Of a DNA stretch of 40,414 nucleotides, positions 1 to 9,138 are shown one piece after another. The number at the start of each line of letters is the position of its first letter. The first letter of the stretch is position 1. A model generated the notes under the pieces. It saw only the letters and a list, made by a program, of their open reading frames with translations. It did no database searches and was not told where the DNA came from. The stretch comes from Candidatus Omnitrophota bacterium (GTDB taxonomy: Bacteria > Omnitrophota > Gorgyraeia > Pluralincolimonadales > Pluralincolimonadaceae), in assembly GCA_028715315.1 (NCBI GenBank), contig JAQUSA010000001.1:1-40414 (forward strand), read 5' to 3'. Position numbers and translations under genes: made by a program.

Positions 1-2
1 CG

Positions 3-482
3 CTCTATAAATATCCCGACTTTGCCGATATCGATACCGAGATAGACCATGTGATACTCGCGGCTCCCGACGTCGGCAGTGACGAGTTCAGGGGGAAGTT
101 CAAGGACGAGCTGATGGCTTTGTCGAATAAACTCACCGTCTATGTATCCTCCGACGATAACGCGCTGCTGATGAGCGGTTTCATAAACGGCGAGAAGAAA
201 CTCGGCCGGGTGAAACTGCGGGTCAAGGACCCGGAACAGCTCGAGGAGGCGAGGGCGCTGCTGTATTTGAAATCGCTCGCGCCGGAACGGCTGACGGTCA
301 TAGACGTCACGCCGATCAATAACGCGAGCTTCAAGCACGGCTATTACCTCGAGTGCCCGGGCTATTACGATGATTTTTACATGCGGATATTCGGCACCGA
401 GCCTCGGATAAACAGGCATCTCTACCTGCTCAAGACGCAGGAGGGCGCGGATTACTGGGTAATGCAGGACCCGAAGGAATAA
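3..482 (+). CDS. alpha/beta hydrolase, DUF900 (PF05990-like) family; C-terminal part, 5' end outside the window
   Basis: The frame is open from the window edge to the stop at 480-482. The motif LAAPDVGSDEF...LTVYVSSDDNALLMSG...KKLGRV matches my recollection of DUF900 esterase-like proteins. The ATG at 51 is probably internal. Confidence 0.65.
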   Translation, partial: LYKYPDFADIDTEIDHVILAAPDVGSDEFRGKFKDELMALSNKLTVYVSSDDNALLMSGFINGEKKLGRVKLRVKDPEQLEEARALLYLKSLAPERLTVIDVTPINNASFKHGYYLECPGYYDDFYMRIFGTEPRINRHLYLLKTQEGADYWVMQDPKE

Positions 483-518
483 CAGGGGAATTCTTCGAAA
501 GCCACCCGCAGGATATTG

Positions 519-527
519 TGATATAAT
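519..527 (+). promoter_or_regulatory. extended -10 element TGaTATAAT
   Basis: Ends 7 nt before the ATG at 535. No SD lies in between. Confidence 0.5.
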
Positions 528-534
528 TGACACT

Positions 535-768
535 ATGGACAAAGACCTAGTAGTTGTATTCAGCTCCCAAAACCGCGCCGATATCATGACCGCAAAATCC
601 CTGCTTACCAGCGCCGATATAGAATATTACGTACAGGGCGAGGATGTCCAGGACATCATCGCATGGGGCAATATCGGGGGAATAAACCCCGTGACCGGCC
701 CCGTAAAAATACTGGTCAATGCGGAAGACGCACCCGATGCTAAGGAGATCCTGAAAGGAGAAACATGA
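535..768 (+). CDS. DUF2007 domain protein (putative signal-transducing protein fold)
   Basis: 77 aa. The pattern LVVVFSS..RADIMTAKSLLTSADIEYYVQGE...ILVNAEDAPDAKEIL is typical of DUF2007. TGaTATAAT lies 7 nt upstream of the ATG and there is no SD. Confidence 0.7.
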   Translation: MDKDLVVVFSSQNRADIMTAKSLLTSADIEYYVQGEDVQDIIAWGNIGGINPVTGPVKILVNAEDAPDAKEILKGET

Positions 769-3056
769 AAAAGTTCGCCGGCCTTGTCCTGTCGCTGGTA
801 GCGGCACAATTGGTGTTGACCGCGCCTTCCTATTGTAAAGACGAAGCGGTCGCGCCCGTCATCAGATCGATAACCGCCTCATCCGATTATAACAACAACC
901 GCGCCGAGAAAGCCGCCGACGGCAAGCCGCTCACGCGCTGGGAATCCGAATGGAAGGACAAGCAGTGGGTGCAGGTCGAGTTCGAGGCGCCGGTCATGCT
1001 CTACGGCATCGGGATAAAGTGGGAGACTGCCGCCGCGTTCCGTTACGCGGTAATGGGCTCGAACGACGGGAACCTGTGGGCCACGCTCGCGATGGTCGAG
1101 GACGGCAACGAGGGCGAGGAGATGAAGATCAATTTCCAGAAGCCCGCGGAATACAAATTCGTGAAGATAGACATGTTCGACAGGGCGACCGCCTGGGGGT
1201 TCTCGATATGGGAGGTGGAGTTCAAGACGGATAAGCCGTACAAGAACCTCCCGAAGAGGGCGTCGATACCCAAGGGCAAGACGTTCTTTTCGGTGATGCA
1301 GAAGGACGGGAAATACTGGCTTGCTGATCCAAGCGGCAAACCGTTCATCTCGAAGGCCGTGAATGTGGTCCTGAGCAACGACGGCGCCGTGTTGCAGAAT
1401 TCCGAATATTACGATGTCTCCAAGAATTACAAGGACAACCAGGACTGGGCGAAGAGCACGGTCAAGCGGCTGAGAAAATGGAAGTTCAACACGATCGGCT
1501 GCTGGTCCGACCCGGCGACGTTCTATTACGATATGCCGTTCACGGTGATAATGGGCATACCCTCGACGACCGACCACCGGCTTGTCGACGTGTTCGACCC
1601 GATGTTCGGCGAGAACGCTGACGCGGCCACGGCGGGCAAGTGTAAACGTTTCAGGGACGCGAAATACCTGCTCGGCTATTTCATCGATAACGAGCTGCCG
1701 TGGTACGGCGATGTCGGCTGGTCAACGGGCCACGCTCCGCTGCTCCTCGATGAATATTCGCGCCTGCCGGACAACGCGCCCGGAAGGCTGAAACTTGCCG
1801 AGTTCCTGAAGGAAAAGTATAACCTCGCGATAGATGAGTTCATGAAGATCCGCGGCGCGCAGGCGAAGGATGTGCGCGAGGCGTTTGCCGGGATCGTCGC
1901 CGATGAATATTTCTCGGTCATAACGTCGTGCATAAGGAAGTACGACCCGAACCACCTGATACTCGGCGTGCGCTTTGCCGGAAGCGCCCCGGAAGGCGTC
2001 ATCGCGGCGTGCGGAAAATACTGCGACGTCATATCGTTGAATTATTACTGCAAGAACATGAAGGTCGACAGGCAGCACATCGATAATTTTTATTTTATCG
2101 GGCAGAAGCCGGTGATGATAACCGAGTTCTCGTACCGCGCGATGGAGAACCGCAGCGGCGACAGGAACAACAAGGGCGCCGACGTGACCGTCAAGACGCA
2201 GGCGGACAGGGCCGAGGGATTCGACAAATACGTGACGCAGATGATGGAGTTCCCGTACATGGTAGGCTACCACTGGTTCCAGTACTTCGACCAGTCGCCT
2301 CAGGGGCGCAGCTTCGACGGGGAGAACAGCAATTACGGCATCGTCGACATCAAGGACAAGGAATACGAACTGCTGACCTCCGCGATGAAGAAACTGAACC
2401 CGAAGGCGGATACGATACATAAGAAGACGGCGCTCGGATATCCCGAGGCGGCCGTCAGGACGGGCGGTTACGCGAAGGTCAATAACAAGGATGTCAAGCG
2501 CGAGAGCTCGCCTTTCTGCGTTATCAGCGCCGTAAATACCGGGCGGCTGGGCGTCTGGAAAGACGGCTCCTCCTCGGCGAAGCTGGTCTTTGTCAGGGAC
2601 CAGGCGGGAGACGGCGCGGCGCGCCTTAAAGTCGCGGTCGAGACCGGAAGCGGCTGGGGCTGCGGTTTCGGAGTCCCGTGCGACGTTAAGACGAAGAACG
2701 ACGACGGTTCGTTCGACCTGCAGGGATATAAGGGCATAAGGATAAAGATGTCCGCCACCGAAGGGCTGCCGTTCTCGGTATTCCTGAACGAGTCCGGCGC
2801 CGACGAGATGGGCAAGCCGGAATATAAGGGGATCAACGGAGCCGACGGCGAGAGCTTCACGTCCGAACCGAACAGCGGCTCAGGCAATATAGAGGTGTTT
2901 GAATATCCGTTCGACCAGTTCACGGTCCGTTCCGTCTACGGCAACCAGAGCGGAAACAGGACGTTGGACCTTCAGTCCGTGCGCAACATCGACCTGTATT
3001 TTCCAGGTAACTCGGGCGACGGCGCTTGTGATATTTATGAGGTCACGCTGTATTAA
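765..3056 (+). CDS. secreted glycoside hydrolase (clan GH-A TIM-barrel-like) with N-terminal discoidin/F5-8 type C (CBM32-like) and C-terminal CIA30/CBM11-like beta-sandwich
   Basis: Signal peptide MKKFAGLVLSLVAAQLVLTA. Discoidin region LTRWESEW...WGFSIWEVEF. Catalytic-type motifs YFIDNELPW and MITEFSY. C-terminal NIDLYFPGNSGDGACDIYEVTLY. ATGA overlap with the upstream gene. The exact GH family is not resolved by eye. Confidence 0.7.
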   Translation: MKKFAGLVLSLVAAQLVLTAPSYCKDEAVAPVIRSITASSDYNNNRAEKAADGKPLTRWESEWKDKQWVQVEFEAPVMLYGIGIKWETAAAFRYAVMGSNDGNLWATLAMVEDGNEGEEMKINFQKPAEYKFVKIDMFDRATAWGFSIWEVEFKTDKPYKNLPKRASIPKGKTFFSVMQKDGKYWLADPSGKPFISKAVNVVLSNDGAVLQNSEYYDVSKNYKDNQDWAKSTVKRLRKWKFNTIGCWSDPATFYYDMPFTVIMGIPSTTDHRLVDVFDPMFGENADAATAGKCKRFRDAKYLLGYFIDNELPWYGDVGWSTGHAPLLLDEYSRLPDNAPGRLKLAEFLKEKYNLAIDEFMKIRGAQAKDVREAFAGIVADEYFSVITSCIRKYDPNHLILGVRFAGSAPEGVIAACGKYCDVISLNYYCKNMKVDRQHIDNFYFIGQKPVMITEFSYRAMENRSGDRNNKGADVTVKTQADRAEGFDKYVTQMMEFPYMVGYHWFQYFDQSPQGRSFDGENSNYGIVDIKDKEYELLTSAMKKLNPKADTIHKKTALGYPEAAVRTGGYAKVNNKDVKRESSPFCVISAVNTGRLGVWKDGSSSAKLVFVRDQAGDGAARLKVAVETGSGWGCGFGVPCDVKTKNDDGSFDLQGYKGIRIKMSATEGLPFSVFLNESGADEMGKPEYKGINGADGESFTSEPNSGSGNIEVFEYPFDQFTVRSVYGNQSGNRTLDLQSVRNIDLYFPGNSGDGACDIYEVTLY

Positions 3057-3611
3057 ATGAGCGAAGAAGCCCGCATATCCGCCTTCAGGCGGATAAGGGA
3101 TATCCCGTACGCGATAGTCCCCGCGATGCGCGACCCCGCGGTGGGCCCGGCCATGATGCTCAGGGAGAACCGCGGTTCGTGCAACCCGAAGCATGTCCTG
3201 CTCGCGGACGAGTTCAGGAAGCTCGGCCTCGAGGTTAAATACGCGAATTACTCTTTCAGTTGGGACGACCCCGCGGTAAAATATCCTCCGGAGCTGAGGG
3301 CGCTTACGAAGAGGATACCGCCGGGCAATCACCTCGCCATAAAGGCGTTTATCGGGGGCAAATGGGTGCTTGTCGACGCGACATGGGACCTGCCGTTGAA
3401 GAAGGCCGGTTTCCCGGTGAACGAGGATTGGGACGGCGTAAGCGATACGACGAACGCCGTGACGCCGGTAAATGAGGTGCTTCACGAGACGATAGAAGAA
3501 CGGGTGAGATACGATACCGCCCTGCGTTCGGGATATACCGATGAGCAGAAGGCGGCATATGCGGAGTTCACTGAGAAGCTGAATAAGTGGTTGGAGGAAT
3601 TGCGTGCATAG
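3057..3611 (+). CDS. transglutaminase-like cysteine protease superfamily protein
   Basis: Cys-His-Asp arrangement GSCNPKH ... NHLAIKAF ... VLVDATWD. The ATG follows the upstream TAA directly. Confidence 0.75.
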   Translation: MSEEARISAFRRIRDIPYAIVPAMRDPAVGPAMMLRENRGSCNPKHVLLADEFRKLGLEVKYANYSFSWDDPAVKYPPELRALTKRIPPGNHLAIKAFIGGKWVLVDATWDLPLKKAGFPVNEDWDGVSDTTNAVTPVNEVLHETIEERVRYDTALRSGYTDEQKAAYAEFTEKLNKWLEELRA

Positions 3612-3654
3612 GCTCATCCCTTTTCTATTTTTATTGGTTATTTCCGGAGGATTT

Positions 3655-4458
3655 ATGGCAAAGTCCGAGGCCGCGGCCGTAAAGATGCCTATATATGACG
3701 CGAGGGAGGGTGTGGTAAAGGAGGTCCTGAAGGTCGAGAGGACCAACGCCGAATGGAAGAACGTGCTTACTCCCGAGCAGTACATGGTGACGCGGCAGAG
3801 GGGCACGGAGAAACCTTCCGGCACCGCCTGCGAATTGCCCAAGGATGAGGGGCTTTATGAATGCGTCTGCTGCGGGACGGACCTTTTCGGCACGGCGGCG
3901 AAATACGAATCCGGGACGGGCTGGCCGAGCTTCTATAAGCCGGCCGCGCCCATCAACATAAACCTGGAAGAGGACATTGATTTCGGGATGGAGCGCGTGG
4001 AGGTCACCTGCGCCCGCTGCGGCGCGCATTTAGGCCACGTTTTTGATGACGGGCCTATGCCGACCGGGAAGCGTTATTGCATCAACGGCGTCGCGCTTAA
4101 GTTCGTCAAGGGCCCATATAAGCCCGCGCAGCTCGCCATATTCGCGGCGGGCAATTTCCGGGAAGCGGAGGGGACTTTCCGGGCGCTCAAAGGCGTCATA
4201 TGGACAAGGGCAGGATATATCGCCCGCATGGAAGCGGTCCAGGTATTGTTCGACCCGTCGGTGATCACTTACGGCCGGCTGCTCGACGCCTTCTGGAAGA
4301 TGCCCGAACCGGCCGCCGTCTTCTACCGCAATATGGAGCAGGATAAGCTTGCCAAGGAATCCAGGGACCGCCTCGAGAAGTCGGGGAAATTAAAAGGGAA
4401 GATAGCGGTGAAGATCACGAAGGCGGGGGTCTTCTGCCCGGCCGAAGAGTACCATTAG
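3655..4458 (+). CDS. msrB: peptide-methionine (R)-S-oxide reductase MsrB fused to a degenerate, Cys-less MsrA-like domain
   Basis: MsrB motifs: [41 protein letters not shown]. The C-terminal MsrA-like part reads [13 protein letters not shown]...[20 protein letters not shown]...PAEEYH. GGAGG lies 4 nt before ATG 3655. An alternative GTG at 3604 would add a signal-peptide-like extension. Confidence 0.85.
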   Translation: MAKSEAAAVKMPIYDAREGVVKEVLKVERTNAEWKNVLTPEQYMVTRQRGTEKPSGTACELPKDEGLYECVCCGTDLFGTAAKYESGTGWPSFYKPAAPININLEEDIDFGMERVEVTCARCGAHLGHVFDDGPMPTGKRYCINGVALKFVKGPYKPAQLAIFAAGNFREAEGTFRALKGVIWTRAGYIARMEAVQVLFDPSVITYGRLLDAFWKMPEPAAVFYRNMEQDKLAKESRDRLEKSGKLKGKIAVKITKAGVFCPAEEYH

Positions 4459-4504
4459 CATTGCCTGCCTAAGTACGGCTTGCCTCCACAGCGCAAGATA
4501 TTTG

Positions 4505-4513
4505 TGGTATAAT
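4505..4513 (+). promoter_or_regulatory. extended -10 element TGgTATAAT for the trpB2 unit
   Basis: Lies in an 82-nt intergenic gap, followed by a 27-nt leader with an AAAGGAG SD. Confidence 0.5.
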
Positions 4514-4540
4514 ATCCCCCAAAATCAAAGGAGCCCTGAA

Positions 4541-5890
4541 ATGGACAAGGAAAGAGTCATTCTGCCGTTAAACGACATCCCGAAAGCCTGGTATAACATC
4601 ATGCCCGACCTGCCGGAGCAGCTGCCGCCTTCGTTGAACCCGCAGACGGGAAAGCTCCTCGGGCCCGCGGACTTGGCGCCCATATTCCCGATGTCGTTGA
4701 TAGAGCAGGAGATGAGCAGCCAGCGCTGGATAGATATTCCCGACGAAGTCCTCGATGTATATAAGATATATAGGCCGACGCCGCTCAAGAGGGCGGTCCG
4801 CCTCGAGAAGGCGTTGAAGACGAATTGCAGGATATATTATAAGGACGAGAGCGTATCGCCGGCCGGAAGCCATAAACTGAATACCGCTATCGCGCAGGCA
4901 TATTACAATAAGAAAGAAGGCGTCAAGCGCATCTCGACCGAGACCGGGGCGGGGCAGTGGGGTTCCGCGCTTTCCTTCGCGTGCAATACCCTCGGCCTCA
5001 AGTGCACGGTCTATATGGTCAAGGCAAGTTATTACCAGAAACCGTACCGCAAATCTTTGATGCACGTCTGGGGCGCCGAAGTCTTCCCGTCGCCTACGAA
5101 CAGGACGAATTCAGGCCGCGCGGCGCTGGCGGAGGACCCGGAGACGCCGGGCAGCCTTGGCATGGCGATCTCCGAAGCGGTCGAAGACGCCGCCACGCAT
5201 GATGACACCAAATATTCCCTCGGAAGCGTTTTGAACCACGTGCTGACGCACCAGTCGGTCATCGGCCTCGAGACGAAGAAGCAGCTCGAGATTATCGGCG
5301 AAAAGCCCGATACGCTGATCGCCTGCGTCGGAGGCGGCAGCAACTTCGCGGGATTCGCTTTCCCGTTCGTGCCGGAGAAGCTGAAGGGGCAGAGCATGAG
5401 GATAATCGCTGTAGAGCCGACCGCCTGCCCGTCGCTCACGAAGGGCGAGTACCTTTACGATTATGGCGACACAGGGAAGCTTACGCCGCTCATGAAGATG
5501 TATACGCTCGGCCACAGTTTCATTCCCGCGGGCATACATGCGGGCGGGCTCAGGTATCACGGGGTCGCGCCGCAGGTATCGCTGCTGGCGAGGAAGAAGG
5601 TCATAGAGGCGAGGGCGTTCTCGCAGAACCCGGTATTCGAGGCGGCGATAATGTGGGCGAGGACCGAAGGGTTCCTGCCGGCGCCGGAGACGTCGCACGC
5701 GATACGCTGCGCGATAGACGAGGCGAAGAAGAACGACAAGAAGGTCATCGTCTTCAATTACAGCGGCCACGGCCATTTCGACCTCTCCGCATACGACGCT
5801 TACCTCGAAGGGAAGCTCGAGGATTACGAGCATCCGGAAGAGAAGATAAAAGAGGCGATAAAGAAGATACCTGAAATTGGGAACGCATAG
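4541..5890 (+). CDS. trpB: TrpB-like PLP-dependent enzyme (tryptophan synthase beta chain type 2, TrpB2)
   Basis: Motifs [28 protein letters not shown] (PLP lysine), [17 protein letters not shown] lies 7 nt before ATG 4541, and TGgTATAAT is at 4505-4513. The TTG at 4502 in the ORF track would lie inside the promoter. Confidence 0.85.
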   Translation: MDKERVILPLNDIPKAWYNIMPDLPEQLPPSLNPQTGKLLGPADLAPIFPMSLIEQEMSSQRWIDIPDEVLDVYKIYRPTPLKRAVRLEKALKTNCRIYYKDESVSPAGSHKLNTAIAQAYYNKKEGVKRISTETGAGQWGSALSFACNTLGLKCTVYMVKASYYQKPYRKSLMHVWGAEVFPSPTNRTNSGRAALAEDPETPGSLGMAISEAVEDAATHDDTKYSLGSVLNHVLTHQSVIGLETKKQLEIIGEKPDTLIACVGGGSNFAGFAFPFVPEKLKGQSMRIIAVEPTACPSLTKGEYLYDYGDTGKLTPLMKMYTLGHSFIPAGIHAGGLRYHGVAPQVSLLARKKVIEARAFSQNPVFEAAIMWARTEGFLPAPETSHAIRCAIDEAKKNDKKVIVFNYSGHGHFDLSAYDAYLEGKLEDYEHPEEKIKEAIKKIPEIGNA

Positions 5891-5894
5891 AGGT

Positions 5895-8267
5895 ATGTCC
5901 CCTAAGTGTATGGCCCCTATATATAAGTTTATAGATGATAACGGGACGTTCACGGTAAAGGACCCGCAGAGGTTCAGCCTGTATTTTCCGCTGACCGACA
6001 GGGAAGGGCGGATATTGAGTTCGATAAGCCCCAACCTCGGCGGGGATATAAAGCGCGACAACGACCGTTTCCTGACGCCGCCCGCGAGCATAGAGGACAT
6101 CCGCAACAACCTATTCTGCCGCCGGGATTTCTTCATCAAGGCCGGCGGACATGTGGTCCGGTTATCATACCCGCACGACGACGTGCTCGAAGCCGGCCTC
6201 CTCTACCACAAAGTGACCAAGAGGGCGGCGGGGCTGAAGATGGAGATACTGAGCTTCGTCCCGTTCGACATGCCCGTCGAGGTCATGCAGGTGCGCGTCA
6301 CCAATGACAGCGGCAAAGACATCGATATCACCCCGACCTCGTTTATCCCGTTATTCGGCCGCAGCGAGAAGAACATCCGCGACCACAGGCACGTCAGCTC
6401 GCTCCTGAACCGCGTCGAGCTCGACAGGCACGGCATATTCCTGAAGCCCACGATGATCTTCGACGAAAAGGGCCATATGGAGAACAGGACGCAGTATTTC
6501 GTCCTCGGCTACGAGGGCGGCGGCAAGGCGCCCGTCGGCCAGTTCCCGACGCTCGGGAACTTCTACGGCGAGGGGGACATGATATCCCCCGACGCGATAT
6601 ATAAACTCGTCGTGCCGGCTTCGAGGAAGATCCCGGATTTCGACGGCAAGGAAGCGTGCGGCGCGTTCAGGTTTACGCGCAGGAAGCTAAGGAAGGGCGC
6701 TTCGCTGGAATATTGCCTGGTCATGGGCATCGAGGAGAAGAAGAGCGCCGCGCTGAAATATTTTCGAAGGCTCAATTCCCCCGCGAAGGTGGCGAAGAGC
6801 CTTTCCGCGACTAAAAAATACTGGCGCGATTACCTGTCGACGCCCCCGCTCAAATTTAAGGACGGCGATTATAACAACTGGCTGCTCTGGGTAAAGCTCC
6901 AGCCGACCCTTCGCAAGCTGTTCGGCTGCTCGTTCCTGCCGCATTTCGATTACGGAAAGGGCGGGCGCGGCTGGCGCGATATCTGGCAGGATGCCCTTAC
7001 GCTGTTATTAACGGAGCCGAATAAGGCGAAAGATTTCATATTCCACAGTTTCAACGGCGTGCGGCTCGACGGCTCGAACGCTACGATAATCGCGAAGGAC
7101 GGCAGGTTCATCGCCGACCGCAACAGGATAAGCCGCGTTTGGATGGACCACGGGATATGGCCGTACCTAACCACGCGCCTATACGTACGGAAGACCGGCG
7201 ATGCGGGCTTCATGCTTAAGGAGGCCGAATATTTCCGCGACCACCAGCTTAAGCGCGCGAAGGAGATAGACAAGGCCTTCGCCCAGGCCGATTTCATACA
7301 GCGCGACAGTTCCGGGAAGATATATAAGGGAAGCGTGCTCGAGCACCTGCTTATCCAGAACCTCGTGCAGTTCTTCAATGTCGGCGAGCATAACGTGATA
7401 CGCCTCGAGAACGCCGACTGGAACGACGGGCTCGACATGGCGTCGGACAGGGGCGAGAGCGTGACGTTCAGCTTCATGTACGCGCATAACCTCTGGGACA
7501 TATGCTCGGTCCTCAAGAAGATGAACGAGAAGCATGAGAAGGTAAAGGTGTTAGTGGAACTCCTTCCGCTGCTCGACAGCATGAGCACGGCGGTAGATTA
7601 CGGCGATCACAGGCAGAAACAGAAGCGGCTCGATGAATATATGGAGTCGGTGAAGGAGATAAGCGGGCAGAAGGTGGAGATCGATATTGCCGACCTGATT
7701 AAAGACCTCCAAAAGAAGGCGGACCATATGTTCGCGTGGCTCAGTGAAAAGGAATGGCTCCCGTCCGCGGGTTTCTTCAACGGATATTACGATAACAGGG
7801 GCCGCCGCGTTGAAGGACGGACTAAGGGCGGGGTAAGGATGAAGCTCCAGTCGCAGGTATTCGCGATAATGAGCGGCGGGGCCACGGACGAGCAGGTCAT
7901 TAAGACGTGGGCGTCGATAAAGATGTACCTGAAGGACCGGAGGCTCGGGGGTTTCCGCCTCGGCACCGATTTCAAGTCGCTCTATATGGAGCTGGGCCGC
8001 GCGTTCGGGTTCGCCTACGGCGACAAGGAGAACGGCGCGTTCTTCAACCATATGGTCGTGATGCTCGCGAACGCCCTTTACAGGAGGGGTTTTAAAAAAG
8101 AGGGCAAAGAGGTCCTCGATTCGATATACAAGATGGCGACGAGCGACAGGGCGCAGATCTACCCGATGATACCGGAATATTTCAATAACGAGGGCCGCGG
8201 GCTTTACTTTTACCTTACGGGCTCCGCGAGCTGGTATATCTATACGCTTATCGAGGAAGTGCTGTGA
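5895..8267 (+). CDS. GH94-like glycoside phosphorylase (cellobiose/chitobiose phosphorylase-like, GT36-type)
   Basis: N-terminal YKFIDDNGTFTV..SLYFPL and the ENADWNDGLDM motif resemble the GH94 family. Length is about 790 aa. The start is ambiguous (TTG 5877, ATG 5895 or ATG 5910). Confidence 0.65.
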   Translation: MSPKCMAPIYKFIDDNGTFTVKDPQRFSLYFPLTDREGRILSSISPNLGGDIKRDNDRFLTPPASIEDIRNNLFCRRDFFIKAGGHVVRLSYPHDDVLEAGLLYHKVTKRAAGLKMEILSFVPFDMPVEVMQVRVTNDSGKDIDITPTSFIPLFGRSEKNIRDHRHVSSLLNRVELDRHGIFLKPTMIFDEKGHMENRTQYFVLGYEGGGKAPVGQFPTLGNFYGEGDMISPDAIYKLVVPASRKIPDFDGKEACGAFRFTRRKLRKGASLEYCLVMGIEEKKSAALKYFRRLNSPAKVAKSLSATKKYWRDYLSTPPLKFKDGDYNNWLLWVKLQPTLRKLFGCSFLPHFDYGKGGRGWRDIWQDALTLLLTEPNKAKDFIFHSFNGVRLDGSNATIIAKDGRFIADRNRISRVWMDHGIWPYLTTRLYVRKTGDAGFMLKEAEYFRDHQLKRAKEIDKAFAQADFIQRDSSGKIYKGSVLEHLLIQNLVQFFNVGEHNVIRLENADWNDGLDMASDRGESVTFSFMYAHNLWDICSVLKKMNEKHEKVKVLVELLPLLDSMSTAVDYGDHRQKQKRLDEYMESVKEISGQKVEIDIADLIKDLQKKADHMFAWLSEKEWLPSAGFFNGYYDNRGRRVEGRTKGGVRMKLQSQVFAIMSGGATDEQVIKTWASIKMYLKDRRLGGFRLGTDFKSLYMELGRAFGFAYGDKENGAFFNHMVVMLANALYRRGFKKEGKEVLDSIYKMATSDRAQIYPMIPEYFNNEGRGLYFYLTGSASWYIYTLIEEVL

Positions 8268-9127
8268 AAAAGGAATATATAATATTCGCCTGCATCCTTG
8301 CCGTGCTGCTGATACTGGGCATCGCCGGTAAGTCGATCATACTCGGGGCCGCGCTGGACCGGCTGAAGGGTTTTTTCCCCGGATACGAGGTGAAGGTCGG
8401 GAATGCCGAGATAAAGAGCGTCGACCTGGTCTCGTTCGGCAATATCAGTATCGCCAAAGGCGACACCAATATATACAGGGTAAAAGAGCTGGATATACGG
8501 TTCACCCCGTTCACGTTCTTTAACAGGACGATACCGAAGGTATCCATGGACAGCTGCAGCATCTACATAAAATCCCCGAAAAGCAAATTAAAGGAACTCG
8601 TGCGGTTCCCGGAAGCGAAGGCGGGCGCGTTATTCATTGTGGACTCGCTGGAGATAAACGACCTGGTGCTGGATATACGCACAGCGGACGTCGATTTCGA
8701 CGCGATCATCCGCGCGGACGCGTCCATAAAGAAGGACATATCGTACAGCGCCGTCATGAAGCTGAACAGCGTCAACCTCGGCCTCCTGGCGAAGAGCCTG
8801 GGAGCCTCTGAAAAAGTGGATATCAGCGGTTCCATGAGCGGCGAAATATCCATGAGCGGAAAGGACATGAGGATCGACGCGATAAAGGGCGAATTCGCCT
8901 CCGGCGAGCTCGGGGGCACCATAATCATAAAGGACGAGGAGTTCATTAATACGCTGGCGAAGCAGTCGAACCAGCCGGTCGAGATGATAAGGGACAGTTT
9001 CAAGCTCTATAAGTATACCAAGGGGACGCTATCGGTCTCGAAGGAAAAGGACGCCATATTGCTGCACCTTATGCTGGACGGGCCGAAGGGCAAGAGGGAT
9101 ATGACCATAGCGTTACACGGATCCTAA
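8264..9127 (+). CDS. short YdbH-like (AsmA-like family) membrane-anchored protein
   Basis: N-terminal TM helix IIFACILAVLLILGIAG. C-terminal GSMSGEISMSGKDMRIDAIKGEFASGELGGTIIIKD ... SFKLYKYTKGTLSVSKEKDAILLHLMLDGPKGKRDMTIAL resembles the YdbH C-terminal module. It lies directly upstream of a YnbE/YdbL-type gene. GTG start with GTGA overlap. Confidence 0.6.
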   Translation: MKKEYIIFACILAVLLILGIAGKSIILGAALDRLKGFFPGYEVKVGNAEIKSVDLVSFGNISIAKGDTNIYRVKELDIRFTPFTFFNRTIPKVSMDSCSIYIKSPKSKLKELVRFPEAKAGALFIVDSLEINDLVLDIRTADVDFDAIIRADASIKKDISYSAVMKLNSVNLGLLAKSLGASEKVDISGSMSGEISMSGKDMRIDAIKGEFASGELGGTIIIKDEEFINTLAKQSNQPVEMIRDSFKLYKYTKGTLSVSKEKDAILLHLMLDGPKGKRDMTIALHGS

Positions 9128-9138
9128 AGGAGGACGAT

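Noticed and set aside
5111-6139. Long minus-strand ORF (342 aa) antisense to trpB2 and the GH94-like gene. Similar ones lie at 2880-3842, 22260-23153, 25718-26467, 36193-36915, 37096-37950 and 38102-38974.
   Set aside because: Their products are Arg/Ser/Pro/Leu-rich low-complexity sequences with no recognisable motifs. Each lies fully antisense to a + strand gene with clear family signatures. Stop-poor antisense frames are expected with this codon bias.
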